Counted from the stretch's first letter, positions 27,965-37,947 are shown. The stretch: DNA of 64,000 bases from Alphaproteobacteria bacterium (GCA_017302575.1 JAFLDD010000001.1:777988-841987); one strand, 5' to 3'. The notes: generated by a model not told the origin, from the letters alone. Numbers and translations: made by a program.

Positions 27965-28735
27965 TAGCGCACTAACCAAAAATATTCCGATCGCACTAGT
28001 CACCATCATGGGGGCTGCGGGCGCGTCGAATTCAATGGCACCTTGCAGCCCAATCACGACTGCGATAGCGCCAAATATACTTGCCATAAGCACCATCTGA
28101 AGTGGTGAGCGCGCCACGTTACGCGCCGCCGCCGCAGGAATAATTAGCATTGCGGTAATAAGCAGCACACCAACAAGCTTGATGGAAACTGCCACCGTTG
28201 CAGCAAGCAGCATGGTGAGCAAGAGCTTGGTACGCTCGACACGAATCCCCTCGGCGCGGGCTACTGCTTCATCAATCGTCATCAAAATAAAAGCACGCCA
28301 ATGAACGGTGATGATTGCAACCACCGCCGCGAACAACACACCGAGCATTGCGAGGTCATAGTCCATAATGGTGAGGATATCGCCGAATAAATAGGCGTTG
28401 ATATCCACCTGAATATCGCCACTCATCGCCACCAACAATACGCCGATGGCCAAGGTTCCGTGCGCTAACATGCCTAGCATTGTATCGGCATGGAAGCGCC
28501 CATCACGCGTCAGGAGATTGAGGGTGAGAGCCACACTAAGCGACACTATAAACATTGCCAGCGTCATTGGAATGACGTTGCTGATAAGCGCAATCGCTAC
28601 GCCAAGTAGCGCTGCATGAGCAATTGTATCGCCGAAATATGCCATGTGCCGCCACACGACCATCGCACCCAATGGCCCTACGGCAAGCGCAAGTAGCACG
28701 CCACCCATCATTGCTCTTAGTAGGAAATCATCCAT
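27935..28735 (-). CDS. znuB: Zinc ABC transporter permease ZnuB (ABC-3 family)
   Basis: ATG at 28735 (MDDFLLRAMMGGVLLALAVGPLGAMVVWRHMAYFGD). Polytopic. It overlaps the znuC stop by 8 nt. Confidence 0.85.
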   Translation of the reverse strand: MDDFLLRAMMGGVLLALAVGPLGAMVVWRHMAYFGDTIAHAALLGVAIALISNVIPMTLAMFIVSLSVALTLNLLTRDGRFHADTMLGMLAHGTLAIGVLLVAMSGDIQVDINAYLFGDILTIMDYDLAMLGVLFAAVVAIITVHWRAFILMTIDEAVARAEGIRVERTKLLLTMLLAATVAVSIKLVGVLLITAMLIIPAAAARNVARSPLQMVLMASIFGAIAVVIGLQGAIEFDAPAAPMMVTSAIGIFLVSALLSRVFKSRA

Positions 28736-29492
28736 GGTTACACTCGCTATGGTCAGCATGTTCGTGCAGGCTATGTGTGTGGTCGTGATGATGGTGGTAC
28801 ATCGCAAGTTGTTTTGCCAATTCATCACCAAACAGTGCTTTAAACTCGGGGTGCGTGCCAAGTGCTTGCGGTGTGCCTTCGCAGCAGACATGGCCATTCA
28901 AACAAATGACGCGCGTCGTTTGCGCCATCACGACATATAGGTCATGCGACACCATGAGCACCGCGCAACCATGATTGCTGCTGAGTGTTGCGATAAGCTG
29001 ATACAGCTCGCCCTGCCCCGCTACGTCGACACCTGCTGTTGGTTCATCCAGCACAAGTAATTGCGGCTTACGCAAGATTGCACGCGCCAATAATACGCGG
29101 CGCATTTCGCCACCGCTTAATGCGCTGAGTGGCTGGTTTAATGTATAAGCAACGCCGACTTCATGGCAGGCTTCAGCGATTCCATCGGCATGCGTTAGTT
29201 TCAAAAAATCACGCACCGTGATGGGCATCGACAGTGGTGGGCGAAACTGCTGCGGAATGTAGCCAATCGTCAAGCCATTGGCGCGGGTGATGGTTCCGCT
29301 ATCGGGCTGCTCAAGCCCGATCAATTGCTTAAGCAGGGTTGTTTTACCCGCACCATTGGGGCCGATAATCGTCACTAGCTCGCGCGGATGAATGGTAAGC
29401 GAAACACCACTCAGCACCTCGCGGCCACGGTAATGCTTGCGCAAACCCTGTGCGGACAGTAAAGGTGCATTCGATGAATCGTGTGATTGCAT
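28728..29492 (-). CDS. znuC: Zinc ABC transporter ATPase ZnuC with a His-rich C-terminal tail
   Basis: Walker A GPNGAGKTT, signature LSGGEMRR and Walker B LLVLDEP. The tail is YHHHHDHTHSLHEHADHSECNHG. Confidence 0.85.
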   Translation of the reverse strand: MQSHDSSNAPLLSAQGLRKHYRGREVLSGVSLTIHPRELVTIIGPNGAGKTTLLKQLIGLEQPDSGTITRANGLTIGYIPQQFRPPLSMPITVRDFLKLTHADGIAEACHEVGVAYTLNQPLSALSGGEMRRVLLARAILRKPQLLVLDEPTAGVDVAGQGELYQLIATLSSNHGCAVLMVSHDLYVVMAQTTRVICLNGHVCCEGTPQALGTHPEFKALFGDELAKQLAMYHHHHDHTHSLHEHADHSECNHG

Positions 29493-30472
29493 ATGGCTGC
29501 TTTCTTGCCCTAATTACGCTGACTGCGCAAGCGTCGCAGGCAGCGTGGCAACCGCATGTACTGGTAGTTGCGCCTGTTACTGAGCCAATTATTTCAGAAG
29601 TAGTTCGGGGCATTGGCAAGACATCTACCCTGCTGAATGTTGGGCAGAGCCTACATCACAAAGGCTTTACGCCTGGCCAGATTACGCGCCTCAATGCAGC
29701 AGAAGTGATTGTGGCAATTGATAAAAATATTGCCCCTGCTCTTACCAAGCTTCTCACAGAACGCGCCAAAAAGGGCGCGAGCGTTATTTATTTGAGCGAG
29801 CTTGATGGTGCAGAGCCATTAGCCTATCGCGCTGAAAATCCGTTTCTGAGTGCGGGTGAAGTCGATGCGCACCATGAAGAGCATGAAGGGGAAGAGCATC
29901 ATCATCACCACCATCACAAAAAAACGAACGACCCTCACCTCTGGCTTGATCCACTGAGGATTGCGAATTTGCTTCCAGCACTCACCGATAAGCTGGGCGA
30001 TTATTGGCCAGAGCAGCGTGCGAATTTTGCGCATAATGCAACGCGCTATGCACTACACCTGCGCGCAGAAGTGCAACCAGGTATTAGCAACATCATTGCC
30101 GCAGCGAAGCAACGTCAGTCGGACAGCTCTAAGGCCGTTCCCGTGATGACTTATCACGATGCGTACCAGTATTTTCAGAAGCGTTATGGGCTTGAGGCAG
30201 GTTATATCACGCAACGCCCAGAAGAGTATCAGGGTGCTAAAACCATGAAGCAGCTTCTTGAGAAAGCCAACAAAACACATGTACGCTGTATCTTCAGCGA
30301 AACCAGCAATCACCATGTGAAGCGTATTGCTGAGCTGTCGCAGGCGGATGTTGTCACGCTCAACCCCGAACGCCCTTACACCTCTAATGAGGTTCCGTTT
30401 ACGGCGTGGGCAAGCAACGGCTATGAGCGGATGTTGCTGATGGTGGCGAAAGCCTACGCGCGCTGTCTATAA
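29474..30472 (+). CDS. znuA: Periplasmic zinc-binding protein ZnuA
   Basis: Signal peptide MNRVIAYGCFLALITLTAQA. His-rich loop HHEEHEGEEHHHHHHHKK followed by DPHLWLDP. Confidence 0.85.
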   Translation: MNRVIAYGCFLALITLTAQASQAAWQPHVLVVAPVTEPIISEVVRGIGKTSTLLNVGQSLHHKGFTPGQITRLNAAEVIVAIDKNIAPALTKLLTERAKKGASVIYLSELDGAEPLAYRAENPFLSAGEVDAHHEEHEGEEHHHHHHHKKTNDPHLWLDPLRIANLLPALTDKLGDYWPEQRANFAHNATRYALHLRAEVQPGISNIIAAAKQRQSDSSKAVPVMTYHDAYQYFQKRYGLEAGYITQRPEEYQGAKTMKQLLEKANKTHVRCIFSETSNHHVKRIAELSQADVVTLNPERPYTSNEVPFTAWASNGYERMLLMVAKAYARCL

Positions 30473-31051
30473 GAACCACGATCTGATAAAGTGCAGGCGT
30501 GGGTTGTCTTGAAGTTTTTCCCACCATTGCTCATGATCACCCAACAGGGTGATCCCAAAGGCGACCGCGATCGACAAAATAAGCGCTAATGCAATCATCA
30601 ACCCTAGAAGGTAGTACATGGGCGACGCAATGGTTGGTACCATGCTCAAATAATTAATGCCGTAATGAAACCCAAATGATGCCGAGATCAAAACACTCAC
30701 TATGGTGATTTTGGTGCGCGCCATACCTACCACAAGGCCAAAGCACAAAATGCCACCAAGGATAAATTGCAGCAGCGCTGGGTATTGCGAGACTTCTAGC
30801 GAGAGCGCAGCGCCAATCAACACCATGACCAAGAAACCAAGTGGCATGACTACCATGCCCTCTTTCGGCAGAATGGACGACCAAACCCCCAGTAACAACA
30901 ACAGCAACAGTTTGGGGATATGATCAAGCGGCGCGGTAAAGCCCGAACTCAGGCCCGCACTTGCCGCACCCGTGGGCTGCACCACCAGAAATGGAAAGGC
31001 GCCTAGCAGGAATACGGCCACCATGAATAAAATAAAGCGCTTACTCGACAT
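30467..31051 (-). CDS. HupE/UreJ family metal transporter
   Basis: Signal-like N-terminus followed by SGFTAPLDHIPKLLLLLLLGVW (the HupE/UreJ GFxHPxxGxDH-like region). ~6 TM segments. Confidence 0.6.
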   Translation of the reverse strand: MSSKRFILFMVAVFLLGAFPFLVVQPTGAASAGLSSGFTAPLDHIPKLLLLLLLGVWSSILPKEGMVVMPLGFLVMVLIGAALSLEVSQYPALLQFILGGILCFGLVVGMARTKITIVSVLISASFGFHYGINYLSMVPTIASPMYYLLGLMIALALILSIAVAFGITLLGDHEQWWEKLQDNPRLHFIRSWFL

Positions 31052-31105
31052 GGGTTTGTTATAGTACGAATTGACCTTCACTGCGACTTCAAAAAGAATG
31101 GATCT

Positions 31106-31876
31106 ATGCGAAATCTGTTAAAATCTATCGCCATCGTGCTTTGCGTTACGCAATATGCACAGGCTGCGCCCCGCGAATTGAGCAATCTGACCATCATCGC
31201 GGACCCTTCCTTGATACTGCCGCTCAGCGAGCTGGTGCGTGATTACAGTGTTCAAAAACGTGTCGCCATAACACTTGTCTCAAGCGAGGAAAAGGATCCC
31301 GAAACACTGATTGGCGAAGGTATGGAAGCCCATGTACTGATTAGCGCGGATACCGAGCTGACAACGCAATTGCAATTGCGCGGTCAGGTGGATGTGTTTG
31401 CCCAATCACCACTGGTGCGCACAGAGTTGGTCATGGCGCGCCGTAAGGAAGATAGCGGCAGCCTGCGTGGGCAATGGACATTGGCGAATCTCTTTCTCAA
31501 TCAAGGCAGCGCCATTCCGATTTTGTTACTGAACCCTGCACACTATATTGAAGGATCACGTAGCATTGCTGCACTCAACGCCAGCGAGGCATCGCTCGAA
31601 AGCCGTGTGATGCTGGATAAAAAATCCGAATTGATTTCTCGCCTCAAGAATGAGGAAAGCGCCGGTATTCTGCTAGGGCCTGACGTTCTGCTCGACCCAG
31701 AATTAACCGTGGTTTCGGTGATTCCTGAAACACAGTATGAGCCTATCGTTTTCATGGCGCTAACGTTGGCGAGTGAATCCATGCCGAAAGCGCGCCAACT
31801 CGTAAAGTTCCTGCAAAGTGATGCAGCAGCCTCAACCTTCGCACATTATGGCTTTAAGCCTGCTGCTTCAGAGTAA
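31106..31876 (+). CDS. Periplasmic solute-binding protein, ModA-like fold, with no partner permease nearby
   Basis: Signal peptide MRNLLKSIAIVLCVTQYAQA. The pattern TIIADPSLILPLSELVRDY...VLISAD...LVRTELVMA resembles molybdate/sulfate-type binding proteins. Confidence 0.4.
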   Translation: MRNLLKSIAIVLCVTQYAQAAPRELSNLTIIADPSLILPLSELVRDYSVQKRVAITLVSSEEKDPETLIGEGMEAHVLISADTELTTQLQLRGQVDVFAQSPLVRTELVMARRKEDSGSLRGQWTLANLFLNQGSAIPILLLNPAHYIEGSRSIAALNASEASLESRVMLDKKSELISRLKNEESAGILLGPDVLLDPELTVVSVIPETQYEPIVFMALTLASESMPKARQLVKFLQSDAAASTFAHYGFKPAASE

Positions 31877-32882
31877 CAAGCGGCCAGCGCGCCTTAGGTT
31901 CCGTATCTAACCTGTCGAATTTACCAAGCGCGTAACGCTCCACCCCTGCCCATGCGACCATGACAGCATTGTCCGTGCATAGCGCCATAGGCGGTACGTG
32001 AAGTGCCACATTATGGGGAGCGAGTGTTTTGGCAATTTGCCCGCGTAAATACTGATTTGCAGCGACTCCGCCCGCGACCACCAACCCCTTTACGTGAGGC
32101 ATCATAGCGAGAGCATTGCTGAGTCTGTCATGCAATACACTAGCAACGGTCTGTTGGAAGGATGCAGCCATATTCGCAATAAATACCGCATCGCGATTAT
32201 CTGCTGCCTCAATCGCTAAACGTACGGCAGTCTTGAGGCCAGAAAAGGAGAAGTCGCAACCATTCGTGCCCAACATAGGACGAGGCAGGCTTATGATTGG
32301 CTTGCCGTTGAGCGCGGCTTGCTCAAGCGCAGGGCCACCTGGATAGGGCAGTCCCAACATTTTTGCGCATTTGTCGAAGGCTTCGCCTAACGCATCGTCA
32401 CGCGTCGCGCCAAGTTGTTCGTAATCTCCCACCCCCTTTACCAATAAAATCTGGCAATGGCCGCCCGATACAAGCAGCAGCCCATAAGGGAATTCGACCT
32501 CTTCGCTCAAGCGCGCCGTTAGGGCATGCGCCTCGAGGTGATTAATAGCGATGAAGGGTTTACCCGTTGCTGCCGCAATCGCTTTGCCCACCATAGCGCC
32601 AACAATCACACCACCAATAAGTCCTGGGCCAGTGGTTGCTGCAACGGCGTCAATATCATGCAGTGACAGGTTTGCATCCGCGCAGGCTTTAACAACCAGC
32701 GCGTCTATATGTGCCAAATGCGCGCGTGCGGCAATTTCTGGCACAACGCCACCATAGGCTGCGTGTTCGTCATATTGTGAGGCTAGCGCGTGCGACAGTA
32801 CGGTTTTATCGGAGCGCACGAGTGCCACGGCGGTTTCGTCGCAGCTTGATTCAATGCCTAATACCGTAAAAACCTTGTTCAT
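31854..32882 (-). CDS. tsaD: tRNA N6-adenosine threonylcarbamoyltransferase TsaD
   Basis: GIESSCDETAVALV N-terminus and the HLEAH motif. Divergent from hemC, as is common in Alphaproteobacteria. Confidence 0.9.
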   Translation of the reverse strand: MNKVFTVLGIESSCDETAVALVRSDKTVLSHALASQYDEHAAYGGVVPEIAARAHLAHIDALVVKACADANLSLHDIDAVAATTGPGLIGGVIVGAMVGKAIAAATGKPFIAINHLEAHALTARLSEEVEFPYGLLLVSGGHCQILLVKGVGDYEQLGATRDDALGEAFDKCAKMLGLPYPGGPALEQAALNGKPIISLPRPMLGTNGCDFSFSGLKTAVRLAIEAADNRDAVFIANMAASFQQTVASVLHDRLSNALAMMPHVKGLVVAGGVAANQYLRGQIAKTLAPHNVALHVPPMALCTDNAVMVAWAGVERYALGKFDRLDTEPKARWPLVTLKQQA

Positions 32883-32910
32883 TCGCCCTCAATGCGATAG
32901 CTCATATTTC

Positions 32911-33825
32911 ATGAAACTTCGTATCGGAACCCGTGCCAGCAAGCTGGCGATGACGCAAGCAGAAAAACTGCGCGATACGTTGTTACGCGCCAATCCAGCG
33001 CTTGAAATTACCCTGCACCCCATGACAACGGCGGGTGATAAGGACCTTCAAGCCAAGCTGACGGATTGGGGCTTTAAGGGCCTTTTCACCAAAGAATTGG
33101 AAGATGGGCTGCTTACGGGCGATATTGATATCGCCGTGCATTCGATGAAAGATATGCCAAGTATTTTGCCTGACGGACTGATTATCGGCAACGTGCTTGA
33201 GCGCGACGACCCGCGTGATGCGTGGATTAGCAGCAAGTATGCTTCTCTTGCCGAAATGCCTAATCACGCTGTCGTGGGCAGCTCATCGATTCGTCGTATT
33301 GCGCAACTCAAAATTCACTACCCACATTTGAAGGTGGTTGAGTTTCGCGGCAATGTGCAAACGCGCCTTCAGAAGCTTGATGACGGAGTGGCGGATGGTA
33401 CTTTCCTCGCCTGCGCAGGGCTGGACCGCATGAGTATGGGCGAGCATATACGCGAGCGCATCGCACCAGAAATCATGTTGCCTGCGGCGGCACAGGGCAT
33501 CATTGCTACGGAATGTCGCGCTGATAATAGGGTGGTGCGTGAGTGTTTGGCGCAGATTAATCACGCAGAAACCATGACGCGCGCTACCTGCGAACGTGCG
33601 ATGCTGCTAACGCTTGATGGTTCGTGCCGAACTGCGATTGCGGGGCTCTCAACGATCGAAGGCGGCACGATTCATTTGCGTGCACAAGTGCTTGCCGAGG
33701 ACGGCTCGGAGCAACATAGCTACCATAGCGAAGCTGCATTGAGCGATGCAGAAGCATTAGGCAACCATGTCGGCGAAGTTCTTGCACAGCGCGCAGGACA
33801 TTTATTGAAAAGGAACATTGTATGA
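32911..33825 (+). CDS. hemC: Porphobilinogen deaminase (hydroxymethylbilane synthase)
   Basis: ATG at 32911 (MKLRIGTRASKLAMTQAE), RGNVQTRLQKL, and the cofactor cysteine context LDGSCRTAIAG. Confidence 0.9.
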   Translation: MKLRIGTRASKLAMTQAEKLRDTLLRANPALEITLHPMTTAGDKDLQAKLTDWGFKGLFTKELEDGLLTGDIDIAVHSMKDMPSILPDGLIIGNVLERDDPRDAWISSKYASLAEMPNHAVVGSSSIRRIAQLKIHYPHLKVVEFRGNVQTRLQKLDDGVADGTFLACAGLDRMSMGEHIRERIAPEIMLPAAAQGIIATECRADNRVVRECLAQINHAETMTRATCERAMLLTLDGSCRTAIAGLSTIEGGTIHLRAQVLAEDGSEQHSYHSEAALSDAEALGNHVGEVLAQRAGHLLKRNIV

Positions 33826-34490
33826 CTATTTGGCTCACCCGCCCACGCGATCAAAGTGAAGCATTTGCAAAGCAACTTGGACGGCCATGCATCATCGCGC
33901 CTGTCACGCACATCGTTTATCGTAAGCCTAAACTTGAGGGCGCATACGACGCCGTGATAACCACTAGCCCGCACGGTGCAATTGGTATCAGTGACTATCA
34001 CGATTTGCCACTCTACACCGTGGGCGAAGCCAGTGCTGAAGCAGCGCGCTCGCAAGGCTTCAAGCTCGCATTGCCCATTGCCCAAGATGCCGCAACTCTA
34101 GCCGCAATGGTCGTGGTGGGACATAACTCGCCTAGCAAATTTCTTTATTTATCGGGCGATGAAACGCGGATTGATATAAAGAAGCTTATCGAAAGCCAAG
34201 GCCATAGCGTGACGCAAGTGGTGACGTATGAAGCGATTGCCGAAACACAGCTTCCCCAAGATGTGACAACGCATTGGAAGGACATTTCAGGCGTACTATT
34301 CATGTCGGTGGGCGCCGTGAAAGCTGCACAGGCACTTATCACGCAAGACGTATCGCACATACATGCTTTCTGTATTAGCGCGACAGTGGCTGCTGCCGCA
34401 GGCAGCTTGCCGTGGAAAGCCATTCACGTGAGTGCCAGCCCTACGCAGCAATCATTGATTGACTGCATCAATACGACTATAAAGGCGTAA
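33822..34490 (+). CDS. hemD: Uroporphyrinogen-III synthase
   Basis: Overlaps the hemC stop. ~220 aa with a HemD-like N-terminus, MTIWLTRPRDQSEAFAKQL. The call rests on position plus a weak motif. Confidence 0.65.
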   Translation: MTIWLTRPRDQSEAFAKQLGRPCIIAPVTHIVYRKPKLEGAYDAVITTSPHGAIGISDYHDLPLYTVGEASAEAARSQGFKLALPIAQDAATLAAMVVVGHNSPSKFLYLSGDETRIDIKKLIESQGHSVTQVVTYEAIAETQLPQDVTTHWKDISGVLFMSVGAVKAAQALITQDVSHIHAFCISATVAAAAGSLPWKAIHVSASPTQQSLIDCINTTIKA

Positions 34491-35281
34491 TGCTTAACAA
34501 AAACCAGTTAGCGTGGTCGATAGCAACGGCAGCATTACTTGCTGCGGCGGGGCTTGGTGGTGCGCTATATCGCACCCATGAAACCAGCAAAAAGCAGCAC
34601 GAGCTGATTCATTATTTGCGCAGCGAACAAACAAAACTTGGCTCTTTGAGCGAAGAAGAAACCGAGAAGCACAACGACACTATCGCCGAACTTGAGGAAG
34701 CACTGCGTAGCGCGCAGGCAGCACAGCGCAGCCTTACCGAACAGTTATTTAACAGCGAGGAGGATGTGAAATTCCTGCTCGAAGAATTAGAGGCGGCAGA
34801 ACAAAGAATTGAAACGGCAGCGCCCACCCCCACCTCTACCACAGCGCCACAGATCGCTTACTTAGCGCTGCGCAAAGCGGTGATTAGGGGCAAGTCGTAT
34901 CATGATGAGTGGAAAGCCTTAGAGCCACAACTTACACAAGTGGATGCGGCAATAAAAGTCACTCTAAGTGAGCATGTGGACGGTATTAAATCACGTGCGG
35001 TATTGGTGCGAGAGCTTGAAGAAATCTATGCGACAGCTTCCCCGCAGGAAGACACGCTACCGTGGCTGAACCGCTTGCGTGATGTCATCACCGTTCGCAA
35101 ACTTGACCATCGCCCCCTCACCCGCGCGGTTGAGCGTGGCGATATTGATGTGGCGGCAAAACATTTGCGCGACGAAGCATCTGATGATTTTGCAGATTGG
35201 CTCACCGATTACGATACGCGACGCAGCGTGCTGAAAGCACTGGATGCACTTGAAGCAGAATTGGTGGCCGCACATGGCTAA
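34490..35281 (+). CDS. alphaMic60-like (mitofilin-domain) membrane protein
   Basis: N-terminal TM segment (WSIATAALLAAAGLGGALY), a coiled coil, and a C-terminal region WLNRLRDVITVRK...AVERGDIDVAAKHL...ADWLTDYDTRRSVLKALDALE. It occupies the known hemC-hemD-mic60-hemY(orf52) slot. Confidence 0.55.
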   Translation: MLNKNQLAWSIATAALLAAAGLGGALYRTHETSKKQHELIHYLRSEQTKLGSLSEEETEKHNDTIAELEEALRSAQAAQRSLTEQLFNSEEDVKFLLEELEAAEQRIETAAPTPTSTTAPQIAYLALRKAVIRGKSYHDEWKALEPQLTQVDAAIKVTLSEHVDGIKSRAVLVRELEEIYATASPQEDTLPWLNRLRDVITVRKLDHRPLTRAVERGDIDVAAKHLRDEASDDFADWLTDYDTRRSVLKALDALEAELVAAHG

Positions 35282-36581
35282 ATTCATTGTATTCCTATTG
35301 CTGCTGATTCCGCTTAGTACCGGCGCGATGTGGTTGATGGACCACCCAGGCTTTATGACTGTTGAGTGGTTTGGTTATGAAATTCGTATGGCAATGGCGT
35401 TGGTGATTATCGCGCTGGTCATTCTGATTATGCTCACCACGTGGCTTGGCCTGCTCTTCTGGCAACTATTTCATTGGCCCGAGAAGCGCCGCTTGCGCAA
35501 GGCACTCACCCGTCAAGAAAAGGGGCTGCAACATCTTACCCGCTCAGTCACTGCCCTAGCATTGCAAGATTCGCAGGCCGCAGAGCGTTCATTGCAGCAG
35601 GCGGTGAAGCTTCTACCGAACAGCGCGCTGCCACGCCTACTTTCGGCGCAACTTGCTGCCTCGCAAGGTCATAGTGATAAATCGGCTGAACATTTGCGCT
35701 TCCTGCTCGCGGATAAGGATACGTCGTTATTTGCGACGCGCCGCCTGATTGACCAGCATATGCAGCAGAAAAAATACGAAGAGGCATTGGTGCTAGCTCT
35801 GCAAGCACATCAGGACCAGCCACGCGACCATCACACGAATCTGGTGCTGGTGGATCTGTATTTCCATTGTAATCGGCTGGACGCGATTATTGCGTTGGCT
35901 ACATCTACCAAGCTGCATCACGGCCTGTCACGTGGTGAGCGTAACCGCTTTGCGGCGATTGCGTATTATCTACGAGCTATCAAAGAGACAGACCCGCTTG
36001 CACGCTTGCGAGCTCTGAAGCACGCAACCAACTATGCGCCAGAATTTCTGCCTGCCGTTATTTTGTTAGCTCAGCATTATGCGGAACAAGGGCAATCGCG
36101 CGATACGTTCAAACTATTGCGTCGTGCGTGGGCGCGCGCACCACACACTGCTGTGCTACAGCAACTGCTGGTGTATCTTGCGCCCCTGCCTGCTAAGCGC
36201 CAACGACGCATCGCGGCGATGCTGGCCACGAAAGCAAAAGGCTCGGCAGAAGCTGCGCTGCTTGAAGCTACCATTGCGCAGAAGCAAGAGCGCTACGAAG
36301 ACGCTGCTAAGGTGTTGCAAGCCGCGATTGAGCATCATGACCGCAAGCCACTCTACAGCGCGATGGCAGAAGTGGCCGTGAAGCTGAGTGGCCAAGCGGC
36401 TGATGCAAGCCCATGGTTCAAGCGCGCGATGGATGCACCGAACGAACCGCGTTGGCATTGCGCAAGCTGCGGCACTTCGCAAAATCATTGGGAATTACAT
36501 TGCGCAAGCTGTGTTGTGTTGGATAGCAGCGTGTGGGGCCAGCCCGAAGTGACGCGCAGTGAAATTCAGGTGTGCGCCTAG
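35274..36581 (+). CDS. HemY_N-domain TPR membrane protein (alphaproteobacterial orf52/HemY-like)
   Basis: ATG at 35274. Two N-terminal TM segments, TPR-like helices, and a C-terminal Cys-pair ribbon WHCASCGTSQNHWELHCASC. Confidence 0.65.
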   Translation: MAKFIVFLLLLIPLSTGAMWLMDHPGFMTVEWFGYEIRMAMALVIIALVILIMLTTWLGLLFWQLFHWPEKRRLRKALTRQEKGLQHLTRSVTALALQDSQAAERSLQQAVKLLPNSALPRLLSAQLAASQGHSDKSAEHLRFLLADKDTSLFATRRLIDQHMQQKKYEEALVLALQAHQDQPRDHHTNLVLVDLYFHCNRLDAIIALATSTKLHHGLSRGERNRFAAIAYYLRAIKETDPLARLRALKHATNYAPEFLPAVILLAQHYAEQGQSRDTFKLLRRAWARAPHTAVLQQLLVYLAPLPAKRQRRIAAMLATKAKGSAEAALLEATIAQKQERYEDAAKVLQAAIEHHDRKPLYSAMAEVAVKLSGQAADASPWFKRAMDAPNEPRWHCASCGTSQNHWELHCASCVVLDSSVWGQPEVTRSEIQVCA

Positions 36582-36584
36582 CGC

Positions 36585-37133
36585 TTATCTGCCTACTTCC
36601 GCATTGGGTATATATTGCGACTCGTTGCACTCAAATGGCGACATGCCAGGTGTACACGTCGTTGGATTGAGCGCTGGTGGTGGCGCATTGGTTTCGTCGA
36701 CACGAATTTCCTGCTGATTCGTTGGGTAGGCCATTAAATCATCGCTACTCACACCACTATAGGGAGCCGCATTCATCGAGCTTGGTGGCGCGTTAGGCGG
36801 CGTAATCTGTGTTTGTGCGGTGCTGATACCCATCGAGCCACCACCCTTTTGGATATAGGAAATCGATTCCCCGTCCTGATAGCCAACGAGTTTAGATGTC
36901 ATATGGGTTTGTGGCGTGTCGTAGCAGGAAATGTCGCTTTGCATTTGGTAGCAATAGCGCGTTTGTGGCGCTTGCTTGGGCTTGGTTGGCCTGAAGGTAA
37001 AGACCTCCCGCCATGCACCGACCGTATCTTCTTTCACTTGGTTGGCTACACGCGCTGCTGTGTCCGAGCTGTTATGCGCCTCTTCACAGCCAGCAAGCAG
37101 AGTCACTAAAAATGCCATTGCCAAAAAGCGCAT
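36585..37133 (-). CDS. Lipoprotein of unknown function
   Basis: Lipobox in MRFLAMAFLVTLLAGC. The mature part is P/Q/T-rich and contains several Cys pairs. Confidence 0.5.
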   Translation of the reverse strand: MRFLAMAFLVTLLAGCEEAHNSSDTAARVANQVKEDTVGAWREVFTFRPTKPKQAPQTRYCYQMQSDISCYDTPQTHMTSKLVGYQDGESISYIQKGGGSMGISTAQTQITPPNAPPSSMNAAPYSGVSSDDLMAYPTNQQEIRVDETNAPPPALNPTTCTPGMSPFECNESQYIPNAEVGR

Positions 37134-37230
37134 TGGATTACCTTTCCTGCGTTACATAACTACATATAAGCATGTATCGTGCCATTCTCAATAGCTTGCA
37201 GAGAGAGATTTTTTTCTCTACATCGGTTTT

Positions 37231-37947
37231 ATGAAGCAAACCCCTCTTCTTACTGCATTTTTTATTCTATCTGCCGCATCCTTCGCATGGGCAAATTCCT
37301 TCACTGCGTCTCCCGCCTATAAGGAATGCTCGGCATTGGCCGCAACCGACCCACAAGCTGCCTTAGTGAAGGCCGATGAATGGCTCAAAATCGAGGACGG
37401 TATTGGCGCACATCATTGTAAAGCCATGGCGCTTTACGGCTTGAAGCAGTATGCAGAATCTGCCGCTAGCCTCTCACTGGTGCGTGACAGGCTGGACCCA
37501 AAGGACATTATGCTGCGCACCTATGTAGCACGCCAAGCCTCACGCGCATGGATACTTGCTAATCGTGCAGAAGCGGCACTTTCTACCCTCTCCGCACAAA
37601 TTGAGGCAATGAACCAAGAAGGGGTGGATAATGCCACCGAGGCGCGACTGACTGCCGAGCTACTGCTGGATCGTGCTAAAATCCGCCAACAATACGGGCA
37701 GAATGCTGAAGCTGTGCAAGACCTTGACCATGCAGTGAGCCTGCGCCCCAGCAATGATGATGTGCTGCTCGCCCGCGCCGAAGCATTTATAGCGCTAAAA
37801 GATAGAGCGCTCGCGAAAGAGGATTTACAAGCGATCTTGCGTATGAATCCTACGCATGAGAAAGCGGTAGGTTTGATGCGTGAGTTGCGCGATGTCGAGT
37901 CTACTCCGCAAGCAGAACTGCCAGCGAGCTTGCCAAAAACTAACTAA
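37231..37947 (+). CDS. Secreted TPR-repeat protein
   Basis: Signal peptide [24 protein letters not shown]-like helices such as [51 protein letters not shown]. Confidence 0.5.
   Translation: MKQTPLLTAFFILSAASFAWANSFTASPAYKECSALAATDPQAALVKADEWLKIEDGIGAHHCKAMALYGLKQYAESAASLSLVRDRLDPKDIMLRTYVARQASRAWILANRAEAALSTLSAQIEAMNQEGVDNATEARLTAELLLDRAKIRQQYGQNAEAVQDLDHAVSLRPSNDDVLLARAEAFIALKDRALAKEDLQAILRMNPTHEKAVGLMRELRDVESTPQAELPASLPKTN

Noticed and set aside
29820-29940. The His-rich stretches in ZnuA (HHEEHEGEEHHHHHHH) and the ZnuC tail, considered as something unusual.
   Set aside because: His-rich loops and tails are normal features of the ZnuA and ZnuC families.
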